This document shows, piece after piece, positions 53,459 through 64,000 of a stretch of DNA of 64,000 nt. The notes beneath the pieces are model-generated. The model was not told the origin of the DNA. It saw only the letters and a list, made by a program, of their open reading frames with translations, and ran no database searches. Position numbers and translations under genes: made by a program. Within the stretch, counting starts at the first letter, position 1, and each line of letters opens with the position of its first letter. This DNA comes from Podospora anserina (Eukaryota): contig CM030337.1 in the NCBI GenBank assembly GCA_017654855.1, positions 3,906,001 through 3,970,000 on the forward strand, given 5' to 3'.

Positions 53459-54209
53459 GGTGAACGTCTAGGACCAAGGTTGGGTGTTTGAATCCAACAG
53501 AGAGGAAAACTAAAACATTCCACTGATTCACCTACATCGCGGGGGCCATTTGCATTTTGTGTTCTTGACGCAACCCTTACTGTGCCGTACTGAGTTCTTG
53601 TATTTTACCCTTCACTACGATTTGATTGTTTGGAGTCTGCGGTCTGATTGCTCCAAGGCGCCTCAAGGTCACCGGCCCCCAAGTCGGCCCTCGTCCGACA
53701 ACTGCCGCAGACAATCAAGAGTGAGCAGCCAATAGAGATCTAGGCCTTCCAAATGGTCTGCTAATTAATTAAGCAAACATACTAGCGGTCATCTGGGGTT
53801 TGTAACACATCTTAACCTAACGGTTCATCGGGGACACCAGATGGCGTTAAAGACAACCTGGAAGTTTCTCAGACTTGATGAAAAAGAAAAGATACCATGG
53901 GCTATCTATCCAGACCAAATCAATTGACATTTTGAAAGATATGTCACAGATGAGCGCTTTCATCAAGCCACTGATCTGTAAGAACCGAGGTCTAATCTCT
54001 GCAAGGTGATGGGGCCTACATGTACCAGGCCAGGCAAGACCTCAAAGCTTGGGTGGGCGTTCCACAGCCACCTCCACCCCAACTAACAGGTAGATCCGTC
54101 GATCCTCCCAATGCAGGAGAGAAGAAACCCCACTTTATGTTGCTTTTTTGGAAATAATGAACAAGTAATGCACAAAAGGCTACGTGTACAAGACCTTATG
54201 TGCTCGCTA

Positions 54210-55739
54210 TCAAACAGCCGCCGCTGTCGCTTCATTTCTCTTCCTCGCCTCCGCCTGTCTAGCATCAGCTTCATCCCAGAACTTGTTGCGGTTGTCGATG
54301 TCTCGTTGACAATTATCAATTTCTTTTTGAACCACCTCCCGCCCTTCCTTACAAGTTGAAGGGATGGTTGCGAGGAAGCCCTGGAGCTTGACCTTCCTCG
54401 CTGTAAGATTCCCAACCTGCCACTCTCGGTTGAATGCGTAAGCAACGACTTTGATGTCGTTGTCATCCCTGGGCAGCTCCTCTCTCTCGGGACACAGTCT
54501 GTCCGCATCCCTTAGACAGGCCTGCACCGCTTGCCGTAATCGCTCCAGATGCCGTTCGTCGTCTTTAATAATTCTCTCCGTCTGTATTCTCTCCAATGAT
54601 CCTCCAGCCTGTTTAAATGCATTCATTAGATGCCTGAGCTCCCACACAATCACATCTTCTGGCCTATCACCAGGGTTGCTCCCTTGAGGATATAACCTGG
54701 CTACCAGTTTCTCAGCCCCTTCCAAGAGCTTCTTCTTAAGCTCAATTGTGCTCTCTAACTTCCAGACCTCAAACCTCGTCATCCATTCCTTGTCAAGCGT
54801 GTCCGCTAAAGCAAGGGTCTGCTCACACTCCAGCATCTCTTGGTTCAAACGCTGCAACCCGTTCTTCTCCCGTTCCATCTTCTTCAAGGCCTCTGACGCA
54901 TAACGCTTCGTACCTTCCACTGCGTTCATTCGGATACGATCAACGTGAAAGCCTTCCACGTCAAAGTCGGACCCCGGCCAGCCATGCTTGTGAAACAGCG
55001 CCTCAACCCCCTCCGGCCATGGACCCCCACCCTCACCGCACTCATGCCGCCACGGAGCGTCTTCCAGCAACTCATATTGTTTCTTGATGTCCCGCAAAAC
55101 GTCTGCCGCGTCGCGTGCGGGCATGTTGTCGTAGACATTCCCTCCTTTTTCTCCACACCCCAACCTGGGGTGACTGTCTTCCTCGCAAGCCCGGCGTAAA
55201 TCCTCCGCCCATGGCAAGCTGTTCGCTGCTTTATCAACCAAAGCGGGATCCCGGCTTTCCAGGAAACATTGTTCAAAGACCCCAACAACGTGCCGCTTTG
55301 CGTCGTATATGAGCACGACCTGGAGGCCGCAACACAAGGACAGGGGGGTCATCCATGGGCGCATCATCGCGCGCCTATCATTCGTGTGGAAGAAGGGGTC
55401 ACGTGCCTCCTCGACGTGATGCTGGTTGCGGTAGTCAATCAGTATGCCTCCCTTGTAGAAGGCGGCTCGGTCGTGGTTGTCGATATAGGGAAGGAGGGTA
55501 TAGAGGTAAATGATGCGAGGGTCAAGCTGGAGGTCCTGGTATAGCGGGAGCATGGCCGTCAGGTCGTGGGGACCGGGGCGGAGATCAGAGGCGGGAATGT
55601 ATTGTATGTGGACAAGGGTTTTGTAAATGTCGAGTAAAAGGGTGACGACTTCTTGGGCTTTGGAGAGGTCTTGCTCGCTGAGCGAGGATTTGATGGACTC
55701 CATTGTCAACGGAGAAGATGAGGCCATGGTGTCGACCAT
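54210..55739 (-). CDS. Hypothetical fungal protein (509 aa) with C-terminal coiled coil
   Basis: Long intronless ORF with globular N-half (IYKTLVHIQYIP, IIYLYTLLPYI, MRPWMTPLS, FHKHGWP) and charged heptad-rich C-half; function not recognised. Confidence 0.8.
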   Translation of the reverse strand: MVDTMASSSPLTMESIKSSLSEQDLSKAQEVVTLLLDIYKTLVHIQYIPASDLRPGPHDLTAMLPLYQDLQLDPRIIYLYTLLPYIDNHDRAAFYKGGILIDYRNQHHVEEARDPFFHTNDRRAMMRPWMTPLSLCCGLQVVLIYDAKRHVVGVFEQCFLESRDPALVDKAANSLPWAEDLRRACEEDSHPRLGCGEKGGNVYDNMPARDAADVLRDIKKQYELLEDAPWRHECGEGGGPWPEGVEALFHKHGWPGSDFDVEGFHVDRIRMNAVEGTKRYASEALKKMEREKNGLQRLNQEMLECEQTLALADTLDKEWMTRFEVWKLESTIELKKKLLEGAEKLVARLYPQGSNPGDRPEDVIVWELRHLMNAFKQAGGSLERIQTERIIKDDERHLERLRQAVQACLRDADRLCPEREELPRDDNDIKVVAYAFNREWQVGNLTARKVKLQGFLATIPSTCKEGREVVQKEIDNCQRDIDNRNKFWDEADARQAEARKRNEATAAAV

Positions 55740-56172
55740 ATTGGAGATGTTGGGGAGAATTACTCTTCAAGTGTCAAAGGAAAGCAGGGCAAGGAATTGA
55801 TTTAACGACCACCCTGAAGTCCGAGGACTCCATATTTTAGGCAGCATGGTGGGGAAGATTGGTAGGTGGTAACAGGATGAACCCGAACACGAAGTCCTCT
55901 CCAATCAGGAACTCATGTAGGTAGGTACGGTTATGATATTCGTAGATTCTCAGAAATCTATCTCAATGAAACGCCTAGCAAGAGTTGCCCGTCCACAAAA
56001 TAAGACTACCAATGGAACTGAGAAAATGTCCATCGCCAGAAGACGTAGCAGCCAAGAATCTTCCACCCATGACAAATTACCTAGGTAAATCACAACCCAG
56101 AACAAGTCCTGTCACACCACCCGTTTCGCCCATTACTTTCAACATCCGTCTTTTTCATCCCCCTTTACCACC

Positions 56173-56753
56173 CTAAGCCCCCATCATCATAGCCTCAGCC
56201 CCAGCCTCAACACCTTCCTCGTTCCCAACCACAGGTTCGGCAGCCTCAACCTCAACATCCTCAACAGCAGCCTCAACCTCATCAACAATCTCCCCCATCA
56301 CAGCCTCCGGCTTCATAGGTTCAACAACCCCCTTCCCCTCCTCCTCAACAACCCCAGCCTGCCCCACCATCCCCATCCCAGCGTTCATCATTGCGTTGAA
56401 CCGCTGGACGTAGGCGCCCAAATTGAGAACCAAAACTTCACCGAGCGCCACGCCGAGGACAGCGTCTAGGAGCTTGATGGCCATGAGGCTGGACATTATG
56501 TTTGTGTTGGTGGCCATGGTGAGGTCGGTGGTGGCGTCAACGGGTTCGGCATCGACTGCGGCTTCGGTGGTGGGAGCAGTAAGGGCAGTTCCATTGGTGA
56601 TGGGGAGGGTGGTGTCGTTGACTTGGCGGGGCCAGTGGAGGACGGGGGTGGCGATGGAGAGAGTGGTGAGGGTTGAGACGAGGGTGAGGGTGGTGAGCTT
56701 GGGGAGTGTTAGTGATGATTAGGGATTGGGAGAGAGGGGGTACTGACCTTCAT
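56173..56753 (-). CDS. Small secreted acidic protein (176 aa; intron 56698-56747)
   Basis: ATG AAG|GTCAGT...CTAAC...AAG then LTTLTLVSTLTTLSIATP signal peptide, WPR/Q pro-site, Glu/Val/Ala-rich tail. Confidence 0.75.
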
Positions 56754-57617
56754 TTTGGCGAATTTTTGGGTGGTTAGACTAATGATCGTCTGGGTTAATG
56801 AGTGTGCTGACTCAACGAGTATAGAGTTTGAGGGATGAGATCTGATTTTCTGCCTGCCTGCTTCAGAAGAGGGTTATGCGGACATGAAAAGGGAGAGCGT
56901 GATATTTAACTGTTTCTTGTCCAGTCAATATTCAGGATTGTCCGCCGTCTTTCGGGTCACATATCTGAAGATCTTAGCCTGCAAGCATTCGCCAACGGGG
57001 CGGTAACATTCCTCCGAGGCCACCTTACTGATTCCTACCATGAGCTGACCAGGAAGATTAGTGGTATTTCACCGCAACTCGGAATTGATCGATTCCGAGC
57101 CAGATTCTTGGGATAAAACATCACAACAATGGAAAGGTCAACCTCCTGAATCTCCCGATTGTGAAGTTGACTCAGATCATTCAAAATAAAACAGTACATG
57201 TCTATCATTCCAACTGCTTGGGAATTTGTCGTTGAAAATTTTCCTGTCGGTGAAGACATCAATGGTGAGAAAGCTGCGTGCCTGAGCATTAGTCGCCCGA
57301 GTTGAGGAATTCAGTGACATCATCCCAAGTTAAAAGAGGCACCAAAACCCTTGAGCGACGCTGCACCAAGGGAGGAGTCTTAGACATTACCACCGCAATG
57401 GAATTTGGTTGTTGTTGACGATGAAGAAAAGAATTGTGAATTTCATCATCAGGATGTGTGACTGATCAAAGGAAAGTGCAGATCGCCTCTGCAAAGACAC
57501 AGCCCCTGAGCCCCTGAATCGAACCCCTGACCAAATGACTAAAGATGCTCTGAGTCTCTTACCCTCGTACAGTCTTGCACCATGAACCTTCGTCACCACC
57601 TCGGCCTTGTGCCAATG

Positions 57618-58629
57618 TCATGACCGCTGCTTGATCAGCATATTCCTCTTGGAGTACTGCAATCCACACCTATTAACAACGTCCTCGCCCCTTCTGATCC
57701 CTTCCTCCACTCAGTACTCTCAGTACAGTCACAGTTATAGCATTTACCCGCCGCATTTCGTGTTGGTATTGTTTTCTGTTCTTATTGTCAGCCATTATCA
57801 AGTTATATCTCTCTACCTCACTAACCTTCCCATGAGCATTAATCCCAATTTCTCTTATCCTCCGCCTACCCCTCCCAGGTTTCTGTACTGTCTCCTCTGA
57901 GTTGTGATGGGACAAACGGCTCTTGGAGTGTGAGCCAGATGTCCTCTCCTCCACCCACTTTCTCGCCAACTTGATGTCGTCCATCCTCTTCTTGATCACG
58001 TCGCTGTTGTTTACCATGAAGTTGACCACTCTCTTAGATGGGAGCTTGACGAGCAGAGTTGAGTCATCATTGCCAGGGCGGCAGTCGGCTGTACAGCGTC
58101 TTGCAAAGTCGTAGAGGGCAAAAGCTGAGTTGGCGATCTGTGATGGTTAGTGAGTCTAGATGCATGGGCTGTTTACCCTAGGTACACAGAACATACTGCT
58201 TCAAGTGCTTCGGTGTAGTTCAGCTTGGCAGGAATCTCCACCATTCCCTCGGTGCTCTCGTGGTCACTGCCGGTGTTGACATGGATGGTGCTGTAATCGG
58301 CAGTGGGTGCTATGGAGGCAGACGATGGTTTCCGCGGTGAGTCGGCATGCTGGAATGGGTCGCGGCTGGCGCTGAGTGGGTCCAATCTCAAGGGTGACCA
58401 GGGCCCGGCGGTGAAAGTGGAAGAGTAATATGGACTCGCGTAACGAGGAGATTCGTGAGCTTCGGGGGAGTGTGGTGACCGGAACGGGATCCGGCCGCCG
58501 AGGAGTGGAAGGGTGGTGTGTGGGAGGGGCCCCGTCGCCAGCGGAGTGCGCTATGCTCTCAGTGAGCTCAGAGAAGGAGGGAAGCCATGATGCCTGGTGG
58601 TGGTGAAAAGTGGAGGAGGAGTCTGACAT
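57618..58629 (-). pseudogene. NsdD/SUB-1-type GATA transcription factor paralog with a 1-nt deletion in the zinc finger
   Basis: LPSFSEL motif; introns 58138-58196 and 57776-57825; IANSAFALYDFA..LPSKRVV region; GKCYNCDCTESTEWRKGSEGARTL then, after a frameshift, NRCGLQYSKR. Boundaries of the first intron (~58372-58440) are uncertain. Confidence 0.8.
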
Positions 58630-60724
58630 ATTTCTGTCTGCGGTTTTCTCAACCCATGCTATGTAAATAACCCTGAAAGGTACAGTGTAGTAGTCTCGTG
58701 TGTCACAAACACGACAAAGCCCGGATTACACCCGACACCGTGATGCCCTTAATATATCACTCGCCAACTTATCCTTAGGGGGTTAGATGCCCAAACCTCG
58801 GATCAAAGTGAACTCTTTCCGCGTCCGTCCCAGCCAAAAAAGCATCTGCAAGATGACTGGGTCGAGGCTGCTGTAGAACGCCTGGAAGCAACTGTCAGGG
58901 GGAAGTTTGATTCCGGAAGGCCCAACACCACCTTGGCTAGCTGCCTCTCTCGGCAAAAAGATTGTGTGCCGGGTGAGCCATTCAGGTGATCTCTTTTTGT
59001 CCAATATTACCGTCGATCCATAACGTACGGATCAAAACGGAATAAAAAGTCTTTCATGAAAGCGGTCAACATCCGACACTATTTGCGGCGGCAATGCATT
59101 ATTAGCGCCCAGTACAGTGTATATAATGTTGGGAATCTACCTGATGCTCCAGTAATACTGGCTATCTTATTCAAATGGTCAACTGACTTCAGGCGCGGCC
59201 AGTCAAAGTAGTTAGGTAGTATTTTCGGGAGGAACAAACAAGCCCTCGGGACGGCGGCAGCTTCTCCAACCAAGGTCACGATCCGAGGATTCGATGCAGC
59301 AGATTGTCCCGTTTTTCGGCACATGCGGGACCGACTCGGGTTGAAGACTGACGACCGCGGGCCGTGCCCAAAGACGAACAGGTCTTCCGCTGCTCGACTG
59401 CCACCTATCAGGACGGTTCGAGCAACCGGATCCCAGAAACTGTGAAATATGCCGAATCCGTGCCGGATCGTCACACCGGGCCTGATTGTGCAAAGACCGT
59501 GACGGAATATGGACTTGAACACCACTGCGATGTAGCAGCTGCACCCCAGGTTACACACCGATCCGGACGACAACAACCGGGGCAGAAACTTTGAGTATGT
59601 CAGTTTTGGCAATAGTCTCCGAGAAGAGCTACTGAATTACATGATCTTTGTATTTGTCTCTGCCTTTGAACATCCCAAGTCCTTATAGGTTCACCAAAAG
59701 CATTCTATCCCTTGAAAACATACCCAAAACAGGATAAATCGGCCTGGTAGCCTTCTCCCGTGCCCAGCATGATAGACGAATATTTTCCGTTCCGATCCCC
59801 CTTTTTCCCCTACCAAGCCCGACGCTCTTGTTGCCTTGATGTCAGAATAGCATATCCAAGTTGCAAGCGCCCAACACCAGCCCCAGATGCCCACTCAAAC
59901 GCCAATTAAAGAGAGGAAAGGTTGCAGTTTTGTTTTCGTTTGATCGTGCTTTCCCAATCGCAGGACGGCGCCTCTTTCAGCTTGCAGTCCCCGCACAAGG
60001 CATCCACACTATCGTTGGGAGTTGGTTAGAGAACGTGGTGGCTTGCAACAGCTTAGGTTGGAATGGATGGCTCGGGTACCTCTCAAAGTATAAGATATTT
60101 GGATTCATCGGATGTGGGTGGCTGTGTAATCGCGGGACCATTTCGAAGCGATAAAGCGGAAGTGGCCACAAAAGTGCCTTCGCTGAATAAAGTCACACAT
60201 GGTCTGATTTGCGTTGGAACGTGTTGGTGAGCGAGCGACTTGAGTTTGAACCGAGAAAGCATAGAGTCACAGCACCCTTCGGGATGGACTCGATGTTTGT
60301 TCTTGTACGCGATGGACAGTGGGCTTCACCCCCCAGCACGACCAAAATCAGTGTAGCAGTGTTTCACCGACGCCATACTCTCTTGGGATTTCACCAAGGT
60401 GATCATTCCCAGTTCCAACGCTTCTTTGTAGTTGACCATTCTCATTCTGGTGAGTTGCATGGATGACATGGAAAGTTACCCCCATGAAAATACCCGAAAT
60501 AGAAAGAGAAGTCCCACCGAAAGAGGCAACATTGTCCGAAGATGGGTCTTATCCCGTCACTCCCGTGAAGGTGGCCTCGGAAAAACGGGCTAGCGTGCTA
60601 TCGAACACGGATCTAACTGCCTTTACGGTGGTATTCGTTTGCCGCTGTCCCAGAACCTCTTTCACCTCACAAAAAGTGGCTTTAGCATTGTCAATCCAGC
60701 TACAAACCTCGCATTGCAACCGCA

Positions 60725-61130
60725 AAAGTATATAAATATGAAATTATAGGTAAAATATAGTTGAAATTAGGACCTTTATAGATATGATAACTGTAAATCA
60801 AATAGAAGAAGAAGTAGAGCGATATGTATAATAGTATTACAATCTATATATACATAACGTTAAGCAGAATTTTAACTCACTCCATATATAAATAAGCGTA
60901 TTTATAATCGCTCTAACTTTATATATACGTATTTACTATTATAACCCTAATCTGTCACAGACTAGCCAGATAGCAAAACCGAGTGGAAACGGCCTGCTGC
61001 AGTTCCCACTCGGTTTTGCTATCTGGTTGGTCTGTGACACTTTATAGTATTAATATAGTAGAGCCTTTTCTATATATAGCTAGTCGGGCATACTTTGCTA
61101 GGCTTTTATTAGAGCTAGACTAGTTTTGAG
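60725..61130. mobile_element. AT-rich, TpA-enriched patch, probable RIP-mutated transposon relic
   Basis: Abrupt GC drop with many TATA/TAG/CTA words compared with ~50% GC flanks; no ORF. Confidence 0.55.
60953..61039. repeat. 87-bp inverted repeat (38-bp arms, 11-nt loop) with TG...CA ends
   Basis: TGTCACAGACTAGCCAGATAGCAAAACCGAGTGGAAAC (60953-60990) matches the reverse complement of 61002-61039 at 35/38. Confidence 0.92.
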
Positions 61131-61699
61131 ACAAAGGCAAACAAATACCACTGTACGCCCTAGGTACAACCCTCCAGGATGATAAACGGTAGTCTGGTAC
61201 CTGCCAGAGCCACCCAACAAAAGAGGCACCGGGATAAGTACTCCCAATAAAATCAGGCTTGAAGGCTGGGAAATTGGTCAGTATTCTGCGAGGGTAGCCG
61301 AGGCTAGGCCAAGGCTAGGTGTCGTCACTTAACAGAAGATATTAGCCTAAGCGTCGAAGATGGCGGAAATGCAAGGCTAGGTACACTCTTATGGAAATTG
61401 ATAGAAAAGTGACCTGGTATGACACTTTCGTAAGTGGCTCTTTATCCCTTGTTATCGCCCTGGTTGAAGCTCTGAAAAGTCACGAAAAATAACATTTGTG
61501 ACCTGGGAACATTGTACAAACATAGGTCTGCATTGAAAAAGGCCATTTTCTGGGCAAAACCAATCCCCATTTCGTGCCAAGTCATGCAGCAGTATCTCAA
61601 CCCAGCCCATCATCACCACGTTCAAACAACCTGCGATACCACTATTCCCAGACCCAAAAGCTCAATTGCCCAAGGCTCAATTACCCACCTGCAATTCAA

Positions 61700-63458
61700 A
61701 GGCTCAACTGGCCCCTTGGTCAATTGTTGACTTACATGCTGAAGACGGCGAGATCCATGTTCGATAGCACGCTAGCCCGTTTTCCCGAGCCACCCTCACT
61801 CCCGTCATGTCTTGGGTGGCGCACAGTTGACAAGCTTTGAGATGACAACAGGGCTGGGTGATGCCCAATTCCTTGTCAGTGAGCAAATGTGACACCCTCT
61901 CCCACACCGTGGCCAAGTGATAGCTGCAACAAAGTCTCCAAGAGGCCAGTTTAGTCTGGGTGAAGCTAGCCGTTAGGTGGGCGGTGGAGATGGCATTAGC
62001 CCGATACCTAGCAGGAGAGCATCAGCGGCGGTAATCGGATATGGTATATGGTCATGGGAAATGCATCTTGACCGCCGTCTCCACGCCCCAGCTCTAAATG
62101 ATCGATCACATCTCACATTGATGTCTCTTGGACCGGGGGCTTGGCCCCTCCTCGGTTTCCCAGATTGGACTAATCCAGGACGAGCGGCAGATTGTCTATC
62201 ATATTGTTTGTGGATTGTCGTTCGTAAGTGTGACCTCATATGCAAGCCGAAGAAATTTGTCGTTGTTGGTGCTCTTCAGTCACAAAGTTGATGTTGCTGA
62301 TGGATCTTGATCGATTTACACATGCTCGCCTTACCATCGGGAAATTGTCAACTGCAAAGTGGGGGTTGCTGATCGCAGTGGGAGGTGATCGACATGTGGA
62401 AAGTCAGGAACCAACAACCCTAACCCCTCTCATGGCGCAGTTGGCGGAGGCGGACGAGATGGCGTTAAGCACAACAGAAAGCTTTGACCAAACAATCCTC
62501 AAGGCTTGATACAGACTCGCCGATATTGGTATTCCACAAGTCACCTTCCTGATGCCGTGGTGAGATGTCAACACCTTCCAGAGCTGGCCTTTTGAGGTTG
62601 CTTCCCAGTTGTCGAACGCATGGACCAGGCGCCGAGTGACGATAGCGCGCACCACCTTCCCCATTTGGATCATGGCAGGTAACTTTATTTGAACAAGAAA
62701 GACGCGATCTTGCTCGTCGCCTACCCTCTAGGTTCTCTTGGACCCATCCTTTGATGTCTGTGGCTTGTCTGTAATGACGGGTTTCTTTTTGTTGGCATTA
62801 TCTTGGGTTCCCGCTACTAACGTCGTGTCTCTGGATCGCGTCCCATCGTCAGCTTGCTCACCTTATTACCGACAGATGCCCACTGCCCGGCCACAGTTGC
62901 TCCGAACCAACACTTTACTGAACCAGCCTCGAACCCTGATTTATCCGAAGTTTGTGCTGAACCGGATGCTGTGTTGATGATGCCTCCAGCCAATGGTAGA
63001 TCAGCAGACCAAGACACGCTTCCACATCCTCCTGCTCAATCGCTCGATCGCTGACCAACGACATTTTTCGCTGACGAACTTCGGTTGATACGGCCATCGC
63101 TATAGAGCCGAACTTTTGTTGAAGCTGGCAAGTCGCCCCGGTACAGCTCGCAAGCTCTGGCAGATGCTGTGCCCAGCCAGCGAGGCAATCACCACCCCTC
63201 GCGACGTGGCGGCCCTTCGACTGTCATCATCGCGCCATGTATCTCGGGACATATTGACCCAGTATCGACGGGGAATGCGTTGTGCCTCGTTGAGCAGTTT
63301 GAACGGAGTCTTCGGCCGGTCGCCTGAGCGAGTCGAGTCTTTCTGCGGCACCCGATACGACGACCTGTGATGGGACAAGAGTCAGCAATATACCGGATAA
63401 TGGCCTCCTCGTCTCTGCCTCCCACGTTCCTTAACTGGTACCTATCCTCAGAAGCCAT
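61700..63458 (-). pseudogene. Possible degraded gene relic
   Basis: ATG at 63458 followed by an intron-like GTACCA...GCTGAC...CACAG, then short protein-like segments in shifting frames with multiple stops. Confidence 0.25.
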
Positions 63459-64000
63459 GGTTATTGTACAGCATTTCGCTTTTGGTCGAGGCTATTTTTA
63501 GTTTGTTGGTCCCGATCGGAGACATTTGCCACACCGGCAGAATGCGACGACCACCGTGAGAACAGCAAATCCGGGTCCGACAGGATACCCAGCACCAGCA
63601 CCAGCACCAACAAGCAGCATGCATTACCATGGTATTAGACGACTCAATCAGATGGGAAAGCGACTTACAGATGATCAAGCCGACTTGCTCAACACTCTAG
63701 CTCAAGCTGTTGGCTGTGGAACCACCCATTTTGCTCGTGGCCCCCGAAGTGGTATTGCCTACCACCCGGGGGGAAGAGTCTTATTTTCGGATACGGCTTG
63801 GAAAAATGCACCGGCTGGACCCGACACTCTGTCACTTGCCACACACTGCAACAATGGGTAGCTTTTTGCAAAGAGATTCACAGCAATCACGATGGGGCAT
63901 CCGGAATTGTTTCGGAAAGGCTTGATTGACTCATGCTAGACAAGAGAGGAAAAGAGAAAGACCACACAAGAAAAGCCAACAGAAGAGAAAACAAGAAATT

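Noticed and set aside
58700-60700. Scattered ORFs upstream of the GATA gene
   Set aside because: No recognisable domain or transposase motif; cannot be distinguished from intergenic sequence.

Overview
This is eukaryotic DNA from a filamentous ascomycete. Short 50-120 nt spliceosomal introns with CTAAC/CTGAC branch points, the gene content and a RIP-like AT-rich patch point to Sordariales, most plausibly Podospora or a close relative (inference). From 1-42 kb it is mostly core genes: Rieske protein, IRC5/LSH helicase, ARC1, mitochondrial RNA polymerase RPO41, ATP25, PPX1, a class I glutamine amidotransferase, a Git3/GPR1-type GPCR, CLP1, inositol polyphosphate multikinase, ARB1, a Pmp3/SNA protein and PRP22. 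From 42.8-64 kb it looks accessory: a 7-exon ~1812 aa GHKL(sacsin-like) ATPase fused to a PD-(D/E)xK nuclease, an intron-containing tRNA-Gly(CCC), a Kex2-type multi-peptide precursor, orphans, an NsdD-type GATA factor broken by a 1-nt deletion in its zinc finger, gene relics and a RIP-like AT-rich patch containing a TG...CA hairpin. The best leads are the ATPase-nuclease (candidate defence effector), an ATP25 lacking its atp9-mRNA-stabilising half but retaining an internal cleavage-like motif, the peptide precursor and the frameshifted GATA paralog. Exon-intron structures were assembled by hand and checked for frame; family assignments rest on recognised motifs, not database searches.
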